64,000 nt of DNA, taken from the NCBI GenBank assembly GCA_943704415.1, contig CALSCO010000711.1, positions 1 to 64,000 of the forward strand, read 5' to 3'. This stretch comes from Parvularia atlantis (Eukaryota). The notes beneath the pieces were generated by a model. The model was not told the DNA's origin and made no database searches. It was given only the letters and a program-made list of their open reading frames with translations. Each line of letters begins with the position of its first letter. The first letter of the stretch is position 1. Positions 13,659-25,913 of the stretch are shown here, piece after piece. Both the position numbers and the translations under genes were made by a program.

Positions 13659-16600
13659 GTGGCACGTGACCGCACTCGTGGCACTGCTCGCGAGCTGCGC
13701 GCACGCCGCGGCGCCGCAGCTCGGTGCGCGGTCGCTGCCCTCGGCGGATGATGTGACCCGCGCTCACGCGCATGCCGCGCCAGTGTACGACCATGTCGCG
13801 CTGCTCCTGGGCGGGACCGGCGTCGTGACGAGCAGCCTGCGCACGTTGGACCAGCGCGTGTTCGTCGGCGGCTCGGTGCGCGGCGCAGGGGTGGCGCGCG
13901 CAGGAGCAGGGGAGGCTGACGGGCGCGCGCAGGTCGAGAAGGGCGTCAAGGTATCGGAGCAGCGGCGCGGCGGCGACCCGGGCGCGACCTTCCCCGGCCG
14001 CCTGTTCCTGACCGCGTACGACAAGACCGCGAACCGCATGGGCCCCTGGACGCTGTACATCGAGCCGGCCTCGAAGGACGGCAACGTGTACCTGGTGCGC
14101 GCACGTGTGAAGCATGCATGCTGCGGCTCACACGCGCGCGCCAGTACAACATCGCCGAGAGCTCTGACGCGTCTGATCCGATCATCGTGGGCACATTCAG
14201 CGAGGAGACGTGCAAGATTATCGCGGGCGACGACACCGAGACGACCCTGACGGGTGCGGCTGCGCGCGCGCGTGCATCGCCCTGCCTGCGCCGCTCACGC
14301 CGTGCCGCGAGCGCAGCGCCAGAGTGGTCCGATCACTTTGATCTGTCGCCCAGTGCGTCCGCCGCGCGCCGTGGCTCATGGTGGCTGATCGCGCGTGCAG
14401 CGGGCGTGTTTGTCGTGCGCGTCGACAAGCTGACGGGCAGGGTCAAGTGGGCGCAGACGTTCAGCCTTGGCTGGACGGACGAGTGCGTTGGCGCGCGCGT
14501 TCATACGCGTGCCGCTCAAGCGCGCCGTGCTCGACAGCCGCGCGCAATACCCAATCGGCCTCGCTCTGGCGACGGGGGTGATCGACAGAGTTGAGTACCA
14601 CGACTGGGTCTTCCTCGCGACGTCGTTCATGGGGGAGTTCATCGGCAAGGACGGGCTGCTCGCGGACAAGTATGTCGGGGACGGCAGCCAGCGTGTCATG
14701 CTGACAGCTGCGCAGGAACCCGAACGCGCTGGTCAACATCGACCCGATCATCGTGCAGATGAATTCGGTCACGGGCGAGGTTGAGAAGGTCGCAACCCGC
14801 TTCTTCCTGCTGAACGATCAGGACGTCGAGGACGCCAGAGATGCGCTCTACCCGCCCACGCCGACGCCGACGTCCACGCCGACGCCGACGTCCACGCCGA
14901 CGCCGACGTCCACGCTGACGCTCGCAGCCTCACCAACGCCGACGTCCACGCCGACGCTCGCAGCCTCACCAACGCCCAAAGCGACGCCTGAGGCCACACC
15001 GATGCCCGACGCGACGCCTGCACCCACGAATGAGCCGAGGCCGACGCCTGAGGCTACACCGACGTCTGAGGTGACGCCTGCACCCACGGATGAGCCGACG
15101 CCGACGCCAACCGAGGAGGCCACGCCAGCGCCAACGCAGGAGGCGCGCCACCGCCGGGGCAGCGACGACGACAAGCTCAAGGTGAGACTGTGTGCTTTGC
15201 AACAACGCGTGACCGCCTCTGGACCGCGCTCGCCGCAGATCGTCGATGGCTACGAGGACGTCGTGATCACGCACCTCAAGTTTGACGCCACGCCGGGCAG
15301 CCCCGGCCTGATCCTGGGCGGGTACCAGGTGTGCTGCGCGCTCGCCCGCCGCTCGCGACGACGCCAGAACACGCCGTCGCGCACGCAGATGATCGACAAG
15401 GACCGCTACTACAACGTCCTCGCGGTGGTTGACCTGGACCTGATCACGATCGGCCTCCGCGCCTGGAGCCTGTGCCGGTGGCAGGTGCGAACGATGCACG
15501 CGCGCAGGACCCGTGCTCACGCACGAATGCAGCGCCAGTACGACATGGGCGAGCAGCCGGCATACCCGGCGCTCGCGGCCGTGCCGAGCGCCCTGATGAC
15601 GTGCGCCGCGGGGTGTTGTGCGTTGCTGGCTCGTGGCTGACGCGTCGTGCGGCAGGCACATCATCATGACGGGCGTGTTCAAGGACTCGGTCAGCTTCGC
15701 CGAAAGCAGCCAGCCCGCGGCCGGCGAGTCGGCTGTGTGCCACAAGCAGGACGGCCAGTGCATCTTCGTCGTCTCGATCGGCTCGCTCGACGGTGGCGGC
15801 CGCGACTGTGTACCGCCAATCGGCCGTGCTGAGCAGGTGATGCGCAGGACGCATGAGCTGGGCCACCGTCGTCGAGAAGACGGGCACGTTCCCGCCCGCC
15901 TTTGATCGCGTCGTGCCCGTGGCCGCGACCAGCAAGCACGTGCTCATCTCCGGCCCGTCCACGCCCGAGACGCGCATCGGGTGAGCAACTCGCCAGCACA
16001 CGCGCTGCTCGTGCACGCTGACGGCCGCGGCAGCCTCTTCCAGGACCAGTCCGCCGAGGGCACGCAGGGCGGCTGGCTCGAAATGAGCGAGCGCTGGCCA
16101 AAGTCCAAGTCGTTCGTCGCGATCATGGCGACACAGGACGGCAAAGTGCGCGGTCGCCGGGCTCGCTCGACGCTGTTGCCTGACAGGTCACCCTTCCCGC
16201 AGCCGCTGCACCTGAAAGAGATGATTCAGAACGCCAACGACGGCTCGGTGCAGACGATCGCGGTCGTGCCTACACTCAACGACGACCTGCGCGTGCTTGC
16301 GGTGCGCTTGCGGTCGACAGCGCTCACGACGAACTGACGAGCCGCGGCGACAGGGCGGCTTCGTCCAGGGCAACGACCTCGCATTTGACTTTGTGCACCC
16401 GGGCTCGGCGTCGCAGCTGACGGCGTTCTTCGCGACCATGTCGCTGCAGACCGTGACGCCGCCGGACGACTCTTGTGCGAGTAGACAGCCTGCGGGCGCG
16501 CGCGGGAGACTGATACATGCGTGCGGCGCCTGCAGCGGCTTCATACGGCGGCTCGGCGGACGACGGCGAGAACGAGACGTCGTACAACACCTGGCTCAAC

Positions 16601-16858
16601 ATGGTGCGCGTCTGCGCGCTACGTCAACCTGCGACTGATTGCCTGTGCGCGCGCCAGATCGTCTTTGCCTTCATCTTCGCAGTCGTGCTGCCGCTCCTGT
16701 GCTGGCGCTTCAACGGGCCGGCGATCACCATGCGTCTGGCGCGGACGTGCTGCGGCGGGCGGCGCGGACGGTACCGCCGCGTGCCGAACCAGACACTCGA
16801 CGGCGAAGACGACGTCGTCTTCTCAATCGAGGACGACCGCGCCGACGAGCTGCTGTGA
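13657..16858 (+). CDS. Orphan type-I membrane protein: signal peptide, beta-rich ectodomain with a Pro/Thr mucin-like insert, one TM, acidic tail
   Basis: [17 protein letters not shown] signal; regular GTGCG..CAG introns; PTPTS/PEATP repeats; [18 protein letters not shown]; tail YRRV...[12 protein letters not shown]. Confidence 0.7.
14855..15140 (+). repeat. Coding tandem repeats ([13 protein letters not shown], PEATPAPTxE)
   Basis: ccacgccgacgccgacgt units followed by longer degenerate repeats, in frame in the membrane protein. Confidence 0.85.
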
Positions 16859-17115
16859 GCTGTGACCATGCATCACATCTTTCTTTCATTGTTTTTGCGC
16901 GAGCGAGAATCTTGGATGCATGCGCTAGCCCGGGCAGGGGGCGTTTCATGATTTCACATCCACTCGACATGCCACAATGTTCAGTTCTGGCAATGCTGCA
17001 CATCTGCGCGCATGCTTGTCGAGGCGCACACAGTAGCCCCACACCAGCTCCGAGCACGAACGCAGGAAGACGCGACACACCCCGTACAAATGCAGTTCAG
17101 CGTTGATTTGCAAAG

Positions 17116-17838
17116 ATGACGGACTCGCTCGTGTACGGGTCGTCCTCCGGCCTCGCGACGAGCGAGCGCGAGCGCGAGCGCGTCGCTGGACGAGCTGCTG
17201 GCGATGGACGACGTCGACTGGGGCGACTCGTTCGGTGTGCAGCGGCCGCGCGGCCGCGCCTGACACGGCGCTGTCTCATGCCTGTCGCAGAGTCGCTCGG
17301 CGGGTGCGGCGCGTGCCGCTCTCGCGCGCCCGTCTGACGCACGCGCGCGAGAGCACAGGCGCAAGATGAGCGCGCGTACGGCGCGGCAGGCGCTCGCGGT
17401 CAAGGACGACAAGAAGCTGGCGCACTCGGCCACGGAGCGGCGGTACCGGCAGGAGCTCAACACGTGCATCAACGAGCTCAAGGCGCTCGTGCCGGCGTGC
17501 GCCCATGCGAGCAACCCGAACAAGGCGCGCGTATCCGGGCGGCCCAACTGGGTGGGGATGCGGCGCCAACGGGGGCATCGCGCAGGTCGCCGTGCTCAAG
17601 ATGACGGCCGAGTACATCCAGGACCAGAACGACCGCGAGCTCGCTGTCAACATGAGCGCGCGCGACATCCTCGCGGCGCGCATCGCCAGCCAGCGCGAGC
17701 ACCTGCGCGCGCAGCAGCGCATCGTCGACAACCTGCAGGATGTCGCGCTCGTCTTGCGCAAGCAACTCGAGGTGCTCACGTCCATGAGCGCCATCGCCGG
17801 CGCGCACCAGCAGCACCAGCATGAGCAGCACCACATCG

Positions 17839-17881
<43 letters not shown>

Positions 17882-18378
17882 CGACGAGCAGCAACTGGGT
17901 CTCGTGAGCCCGGTGCGCCATGGGCCGCATGAAGCCGTCCGCACTCTGACGCGCGCGCAGTTCGACGTCACGAGCGTCGTCGACACGATGGGGCAGTTCC
18001 TCATGCGCGGACCCGACGGCCCGAGCGACGCAAGCGCAGCCGCCGGCGACGACAAGCAGGACGGTGCGCTCACGGACGGCATGCCACGTGGCACGCCCCT
18101 CACGCGCCGCGCACCGTAGGCTCGCTCAGTCTGTCCGTCGTCGATGGTGCGCGGCCAGAGTGCTCGCAGCGCGTCGCTCACCCGCTCTTTTGCAGACACA
18201 GGCGCCGAGTACGGCCTGGGCGCGCCCATCGTCGACGACGGCACGTTCAACCCACTCGACCAGGCAGGGCGTCTGCGCGTCTGCAATCGCGCGTGCGACT
18301 GACGCCTGCTGTGCGCAGGCCGACATGATGTGGGCCGGCAACATGCGCGGGTCGAAGCGGCGCTCGCGTACCTTCTGA
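17116..18378 (+). CDS. SREBP-type bHLH transcription factor (Tyr in basic region), polyQ, no TM seen
   Basis: KKLAHSATERRYRQELNTCINELKALVP...NPNK|VAVLKMTAEYIQDQ; CAG polyQ ~17843-17880. Start is 17116 (needs a frameshift) or 17204. Confidence 0.8.
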
Positions 18379-18598
18379 CGCCCCGCCGGGTGGCTTTCCT
18401 GTGTTCTAGTGCGCCCACTGCAATCGTTCTACCGCGCTCACGAGACCGCACAAGGACACACAGCCACGGCGACAGACAGACGGACAGACGGGCGCGGAGC
18501 ACGCGGCCGCGGGAGCGCGCGCGCGGGAAAGGGATGGGTGTGAGGGAGTAGGAGGGAAGCGCAGTAGGGGAGGGAGGGAAAGAGTACACGGCGCCGCG

Positions 18599-20241
18599 TC
18601 ATTTGACCGTGACGGACGCCTTGACGACCTTGAGGATCATCGAGCTCAGGACGACGTCCTCGCAGTTGACCTGCAGCTTGCTCTTGCCGTCCACAGGTTC
18701 TGCGCGACGATGCGCAGCTCAGTACCAGTGCGCGGGCGGCCACCGAGCGCGCACCGTGTAGGCTGACGCAGATCGGCATCTTGCTCTGGAGCACGCGGCC
18801 TGAGAACTGCAGCTCCGAGAACGTGCCTGGTGGCGAGCGGACGCGTGAGCATCACGGGGTGCAACCGCAAGCAGCGCTGCGCGCACCCGCAGACGTGTAG
18901 TCGGCCAGGGGCGCGACGTTAGCGGCGAGCAGCACGCGCTTCAGCAGGACCTTGGGGCGCCATTCGACCTCGGCAAGCGACGCGGACGACTCATACATGC
19001 CCCCGAGCCGTTTCTGCGCACGCGCGCGCACGCGTCAGTCAAGCACAGCGCCACGCCGCCAGCGCCGCACCTGCGTTGCCCTGAAGTCGGTCGCACTGAC
19101 AGGGAACGGCGTGAGCATCTCGCCGACGGGCGCCTCGATCATCACGGGGAACACGCCCTGCGTGCCGCCGTGTCAGCCGTGTCAGCAGCGCAACGTGCGG
19201 TCGCGCGTGCCTTGCTCGTCGTTAGCTCGAAGGACGCCGGCTTGGGCTTCTCGCCGAAAAAGACGTTCAGGATCACCTCCTGGCTTGCGCCCGCCGCGAG
19301 CGACTCCACCGGCGTGAACGGAATGAGGTCCGTGCCGGCCGAGAGCGTCTGCGGCGCCGCATGAGCCGGAGCAGCGGCACGCGCGCACGCATGCACCTTG
19401 CCCACGGCGATGCTCTCGATCGGGCCCTGCGACTTGTTCGAGAGCTGCAGCTGCAGCGAGATCATCTTGTCGGACACGAGCGACGCGCGACTGCGGGGCG
19501 CAGAACGAGTCAGGGGCCCGCGCGACGCCGCTGCACGTCGTGCGCACCGGCCGAAGACGTAGTCCACGCTGAGGCCCTTGCCCGTCATGTGGTTGAGCAG
19601 CGGGTAGGTCACGTAGCGGATGGACGGGATCGGCACAGCCGCGATGCTGGCATCGCTCGAGCTAGACGGCAACGCCTTGGCTGCAGCCGCGTATCGTGCG
19701 CAGGTCAGCAACTGAGCTCGCTGGCACTAGCGCAGTGCGCCCGCACCCGCAGCCGGCGCGAACGACAGGCCGATCAGATCCGACGCGGACGACGGCTGCA
19801 TGACGGCGGTCGTTGGCGAGGACGACGAGGACGCGTCAACTACGAAGGGCGTCAGCACCGCTCAGCGACAGCGCGCCGCTCCAGGCGCGCACAATCGAGG
19901 TCGAGCAGCGACGGCGCCCGGGTCGTGGTTGGGGTTGCGGAGCTTGGCTTCTTGGCCGCCGGGGCGGCCGCGGGTGCTTTGCTCGGCGCCGGCGCACCCG
20001 CGGTTGGTGACGACGACGTGCGCTTGTGGTCTGCGCGGAGTCGACGGTCACGCAGGCGCACGAGCAGCAGGCGCGAACGGACCTGGCGGCGACGTCGTTG
20101 CCTTGGCCGACGCGGCGGATGCGGGCACCTTGACGACGGCCGGCGGCGAGGTGAGTCGGGCGGCGGCAGAAGCGGCCGCGGGGGCCTTGGCCGCGGGCGC
20201 CGCCTTTGCCTGTGGCCGCTCCTCTTCGTCGTCGTCGTCGT

Positions 20242-20305
<64 letters not shown>

Positions 20306-22408
20306 CTCATCTTCGTCCTCGTCCTCGTCGTCCTCCTTGTCCTCGTCGTCCTCCTCGTCGTTCTCCTCGTCGTTCTCGTCCTCATCGTCGTCGTCCTCGT
20401 CGTCCTCATCCTCGTCGTCCTCGTCGTCCTCGTCCTCGTCCTCGCCCTCGTCCGAGTTGAGGAAAGCATCGAGCGCGTCTGTGCCAGCGAGCATGAGCCG
20501 CAGCAACGGTGCATGCGACCACGCGCACGCACCGCGCGGTGCCTTGGGCGCCTTCGGGGCCTTCTTGCCCTTCTTGCCCTTGCCCTTCTTCTTGCTGCTG
20601 CCGCTCTTGGCCTTGACATCCTTTGGGTCGTCCCACTTGTCTTCCTGCTCGCGGGTACATTGTCGACACCACGCCGCACGCGAGCAGGACCCGCGCGTAC
20701 CCGCACGTCGCGCACGGACGGGTCCGGTTGCTCGGTCGGGAAGTCCGGGATGGGCGCGTACCCCTCGGCGACCGAGTTGAGCAGGTGCGACAGCGAGCCG
20801 ATAACGAAGCGCTCTGCGCGGCCGTCAGCTCTGTGTCACACGGCTGTGCGCGACCGCACCTCGCCCGATCGCGTACTGCTCGACCGCCGGCGGCTGCTTG
20901 GGCGCGAGCAGCACGTTGCGCGCCTGCTCGGCCACGCCGGGCCCCTCCTCGCCCTCCTCGACCACACAGAGCGCGCGCAGGAGACGCGCGCGGTCGCGGA
21001 TGTCGTAGCTGAGGTCGTACTTGGCCAGCTGGAAGACGTACTGCGTGATGGCGGAACATGAGCTGCCTGTGCAACACCACAAAGCGCGCGTGCGCGCACC
21101 TGGAACAGCACGTCGCTCTTGTCCATCCCGCACACAAACAGCTTGGCGGCGAGGGTGAGAATCTGCAGCTTGACAATGTCCTGCGTGCGCGGTGTCGATG
21201 CGCACGGCCGGCTGGGCTCGGCGCGGTGCACGCACCTCCTCGTTGACGAACGACTTGGCCAGCTGCCGCAGCACGTCCGGTGCCACGTCCGAGATCGACT
21301 CGGAGTACTCACCGATGAGCCTGACGCGCGCGTCAGCCCACCGTCCCACGGCGAGCGCACGGCCCGCGGCGCACCAGATGATCGACGCGCGCGCGTCCGG
21401 CACGACGATCGTCGGCAGAACCTTCGCCAGGCGGATGATCATGTCCTTGTTTTGCGCGCCATGCATCTGTAGCAGCTTCTTGATCACGACGACGCTCTCG
21501 GCCACTACCATCTCTGCCGAGTGCGGGCCGGGCGTGTGAGCGGCACGCGTCTCGTATGACCGGGCGGCACCGACGCGCACCGTTCTTGTTGTTCACCAGG
21601 TTCATCAGGCCGGCGAGGCACGCGTCCGAGACCTCGGGCAGCAGCGCGGCGCAGCGGCCGATGGCGTGGATCGCGGCCGTCACGAACGCCTTGTTCGAGT
21701 CCTTCAGGTACGACTGCGGGTGCTGGCGCATCAGAGCGAGCACACAGCAGGCGGCGGACGCTGCTGCTGCTGCTGCACCTGCAGCTCGCGCAGGATCACG
21801 TTGATGTTGCCCTCGTTTGCCAGGCACGTGATGATCTCGAGCTTGAGCGTGCGCAGAAACGACGCGTCGGTCGCGCGCACGAAGAACTTCTTCAGGTAGG
21901 GCTCAAACATGGCCTGTGCGAGGCAGCCGTGAGCGCGCGCGACCGACCGACCGCTGCGGACGGGGCGACGCACCGGCTGCTTCGCGGCCATGTACGCGAT
22001 GGCCGACAGGACGACGTACTGCACCTCGCGGTGCGACCCGAGCAGGCGCGTGAGCGGCTTTGCGACCTGCCGCGCGCCACACGTGTGTGAGCACGGCACA
22101 GATGTTGCAGGCTGTGCCTGACGACGCACCTTTGGCAGCTCGTCGCGCGGCGCGAGGTGGAAGTAGACGGTGGCCACGGCCAGGAGGACCTGCGCGCGCG
22201 TGACGTGCGCGTGAGCACGCCGGCGCAGTTTGGCTGCGCCCACGCACGCCGGCATTGCGGCTGTTGAGCGTCGGCGCGACCGACGTGAGCAGCAGGCGCA
22301 GGTCCGGGTCGACCGCGTAAACTGGCGTTGCGCCGGTGGCGGCGGTCAGATGAGCACAGCGAGCTGCGCGTCCGCCGCGCACCGCTGCTCTTCTTGTCGT
22401 CCTTCTTC

Positions 22409-22446
<38 letters not shown>

Positions 22447-23973
22447 CTCCTTCTCCTCGTCCGAGTAGAACGCCTTTTCCTTGGTCGGCTCGGCGCCGTT
22501 CTCCTGTGTGTGTGTGTGTGCGTGTGTGTGCGCACGCGCGGGAGCATTAGGGCCGATCGAGTGCACTTGCGCCGCCGACAAATGTCGCACGTGGATGTTG
22601 GGGTCGAGGAACTGCGTGCGGGCGTAGTGCATGAGCACGTTCATCATCGCCATTTGGCCCCACTCGTCCACGTCGATGATCTGTGCGTGCCAGAAGCGAG
22701 CTGTCATTAGCTGCCTGAGTGCGCGGCATGGTAGCGCAGCGCGTGCCTGGTGGCACAGCCGCCGGTAGTGCTTGTGCAGCAGATCAAGGCGCTCGGGGCA
22801 GACCTCCCAGAAGGCCATAATGACGCTCCCCTAGCGACGCGCGCGGGATGAGCACGCTGCCACCGCGTGCGCGCGCGCGTACAAGTACGACGGTCGAGCG
22901 CTCGTTCAGCTCGGCCTCGATGATGTCGACCAAGTTCTCCTTCTGGCCTGGGTCGAGGCTGCGCGAGCGTGAGCGCTGCGGCGCTTCGGCGCTGCGGCGC
23001 GACCCGGCGCCAGCGCACTTGAAGATCTTGGGCACGGCGTGCGCGGCCGTCTTGCGCACGTACGGCGAGAGGTCGTTGATGCACTTTTTGATGGCGAGCA
23101 CGACTGCGCAGGGCGCGCGCGCGCGCGCATTTGTGAGTGACCAGGTTGGCACTCGCAGACGGCGCACCGATCGGCACAATGACCTCGATGCGGATGCCGG
23201 ACAGCACGCGCAGCGACAGCGCCCGGATGAACTGGTTACTGTCGCTCAGGTCCTAGCGCGCGGGCGCGTGAGCGCGACGGGCCGGCGGGCGCGCGGCGAC
23301 GCGCACCTTCTGGAACGTGTTGATAGACAGCAGCGCGAGGTCGGGCTCCTTCTCGGCGTAGCGCAGCAGGTAGATGTACACGAGCTGCGCAGGTCGCGTG
23401 GCGCGTGAGCGGCCCAGCGTGCGGGCGCGCGGGTGCGGTGCCGGGCGGCGGGCGTACCTTGCGCACTTCGGCGTTTGTCGCGACGACGTTCTTGACGACG
23501 TCGGCGAAGAACTCGGACACGTCCCTCCCCTTGGAGATCATCTGCGCGGCGCGGGTGCAGCCGACGTGAGGCTGCGGGGGCGGCCGGCGTGTCGGGGGCG
23601 AACGCACGGCGATGAGCCGCTTCATGCCCTCGAGCTTCTTGCTGTCGTTGCTCTGGTCCAGCAGCTTGCGCACCTCCTGCACCTGCAGCGCGCGCGCCGC
23701 GGCGCGTTCAGCACGCCATCTCACCGCGGCCTGCTCGGCGTGCGCGCGCGGCGCGCGCGCGCCTTTTCGTCGGGCTGGTCGAAGAAGCGGGCGTTGCCCG
23801 CGGCCATCGCCTTGACGTCCTTGCCCGTCTCGATCGCCTTGTCGACGACCTGGTTGCCGACCTGCGCGCCACACGCTCAGCGCGCTCGCGGGCGCTGCGC
23901 AGCGCCGCACCTTGAGGCCGAGCGCGATGCCCTCGAGGCCGATCGACGTCGCGCGCTCGAGGTACTGCGCCAT
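18599..23973 (-). CDS. AP3B1: AP-3 adaptor complex beta subunit
   Basis: [94 protein letters not shown], acidic hinge, ear ending [19 protein letters not shown]. Confidence 0.95.
20225..20450 (-). repeat. (GAC/GAG)n tract encoding the poly-Asp/Glu hinge of AP-3 beta
   Basis: Long tcg/tcc runs on + strand read EDEDEDD...DDDD on -. Confidence 0.9.
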
Positions 23974-24249
23974 TCCCGCAGCTGCTTGCGCGCGCGCGCG
24001 CGCATCAGCCGCGATCGCCGTCTCGGGGCGCGCGACCAGCGGGACAGAGCGCAGAAACGGGAGAGTGGCTGGAGTGAGCATTGCGCAGACGACGAGCAGC
24101 AGCAGGACCGGCACGGCACAGCACTGGCCGCAGGCAAGGGCAACGTGACCACAAAAACACGCTCGCGTCTTTCGCGAAAACAGGTATGGCCGCGGTCGCA
24201 TCGGTGCGCGCTCAACGGCATGCGGCGGCACAGGGCGGCGGTCAGGAAC

Positions 24250-24587
24250 ATGAGCGCGGCGGCAGCACGGTCGGCGGTGACGATGCCCACGCGGGCGCGC
24301 GTGCTCTCGCTGTACCGCCAGTTCATGCGCGCAAGCAAGGAGCTGGACAACCTGGACGTGCGTGCGCTTGCGCGCGTGTGCACGCGCGATCGCGCCGACC
24401 AGCGACACCCCAGGTCCAGCCGCGCCTGCGCCGCAACATCCGCGACGTGTTCGACATCCACCGGCGCGACACGGACGTGACGCGGGTCGAGACGCTGATC
24501 AAGTACGGCCAGGAGGACCTCGAGTGCATCCTCAACATCGCGCGCAACGTCAAGGGCAAGGACCTGCGCGACCTGCTGAGCATCTGA
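24250..24587 (+). CDS. LYR-motif (Complex1_LYR) small mitochondrial protein, 1 intron
   Basis: TRARVLSLYRQFMRASKEL|..RLRRNIRDVFDIHRRDTDVTRVETLIKYGQEDL. Confidence 0.8.
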
Positions 24588-24645
24588 ACAGCGCGCGCGC
24601 TCGCCGCATGTACGTATGGGCTGGTAGGACGGGCATGCACAACCG

Positions 24646-25874
24646 TCACTTGCCGCGCAACTGCGCCGCAAGCGCGCCCGCGTCGGCAAACCCGGGCACG
24701 GCCTTGGCCCGCACAGCGCGCAGGCCCTCGAGCAGGTCGGCGGCCTGGTAGCACACCGCCTGGTTGGCCGCCTCGCGCTGCAGCGCGGCCTCAAACGCAC
24801 CGCTGCCGCCCCGCCGCGGCTGCCGCCCGCGCGGTCAGCGCCGGGGCCGCAGCGAGACGGCAGACCGCACCTCGCGCAGCATCCGCACGGTCCCACGCAC
24901 GGCCAGCGGCGACGCCTCGGCGATCTTGCGTGCGATGGCGAGCGCTGCGGACGCCGGTTTACGTGCGTGCCGACGGCTTTGCGCTCGCACTGCACCTTCC
25001 GGCAAAACCTTGTCGGCCGGTTCGACGCTGAGCACCAGCCCGAGCCGCAGTGCCTCTTCGGCCCTGCGACGCGCACGGTCAGGCGGCGCATGGCACGCAA
25101 ACGCACACGGAAGCAGCGCACGTCAGCAGCTCGCCCGTCAGCAGCAGCCGCGCGGCGACCTGCGGCGACGCGACGTGCGTGAGCGTGAACGAGCTGCCCA
25201 TGCCTGGGTGCGCGCCGTTGGTGGTCAGGCCTCCGAAGCGAGCGGCGAGGTCGTGCGCGCACCGGGCGTGATGCCCAACCGAACAAAGTTGAGGCCGAGC
25301 TTGGTGCCGGCCGCGGCGACGCGCATGTCGCAGGCGAGGGCAACGGCGAAGCCCGCGCCGACGGCCGCGCCGTTCATCGCCGCGATCACCGGCACAGGCA
25401 GGTCGCGCAGGCGCAGGAAGCGCTCGTAGAACTCGTGCATCGTGGCCTCATTGGTTGCGCGGTCGGTCTGCGCCGGGGCGCGCCTGAGCCGGATGTGCTG
25501 CGCGGGTGCAAGCGACGCACGCGCGTGCGATCCTCGAGGAAGCCCAGGTCGCCGCCGGCTGAGAACGCCTTGCCCGCACCCGTGAGCACGACGGCGCGCA
25601 CGCTGCGGTCGTCCACCAGCTCGGCCACCTGGCGCGCGAACGCGCGGCCCATCTCCTCCGACAGCGGGTTGAGCTGGTGTCAGTCGGCCGTCAGCGACGT
25701 GTGCCCGCCATGTGCACACTGGTGACGCGCCTGCTCCGGCTGGTTGAGCGTCAGCAGGCGCACGCCGCACGAGCGGCCGGTCTGCGGGTGCAGATGGTCT
25801 AGCAGCGTGACGAGCTCACCGGCCGGCGCCGCGGTCGACAGGGCGCGCACGCCGCGGGCGATCGTTGACTGCAT
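24646..25874 (-). CDS. Enoyl-CoA hydratase/isomerase (crotonase family), probable mitochondrial presequence
   Basis: [78 protein letters not shown]. Confidence 0.9.
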
Positions 25875-25913
25875 CCGGTTGGTGTAACTGCCAGTGCACA
25901 CGCACTCACTCGC

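Noticed and set aside
14855..15140. Tandem repeats as a CRISPR-like array
   Set aside because: In-frame coding Pro/Thr repeats with no unique spacers, in a eukaryotic context.
17531..17538. GTATCC as a U12-type donor
   Set aside because: Lacks the following TT and a U12 branch site; the upstream GC donor fits the bHLH alignment better.
19361..21061. 566-aa + strand ORF and similar long ORFs (34763-36358, 53088-54419, 59616-60998)
   Set aside because: Antisense shadows of real genes, caused by high GC and repeats; no motifs of their own.
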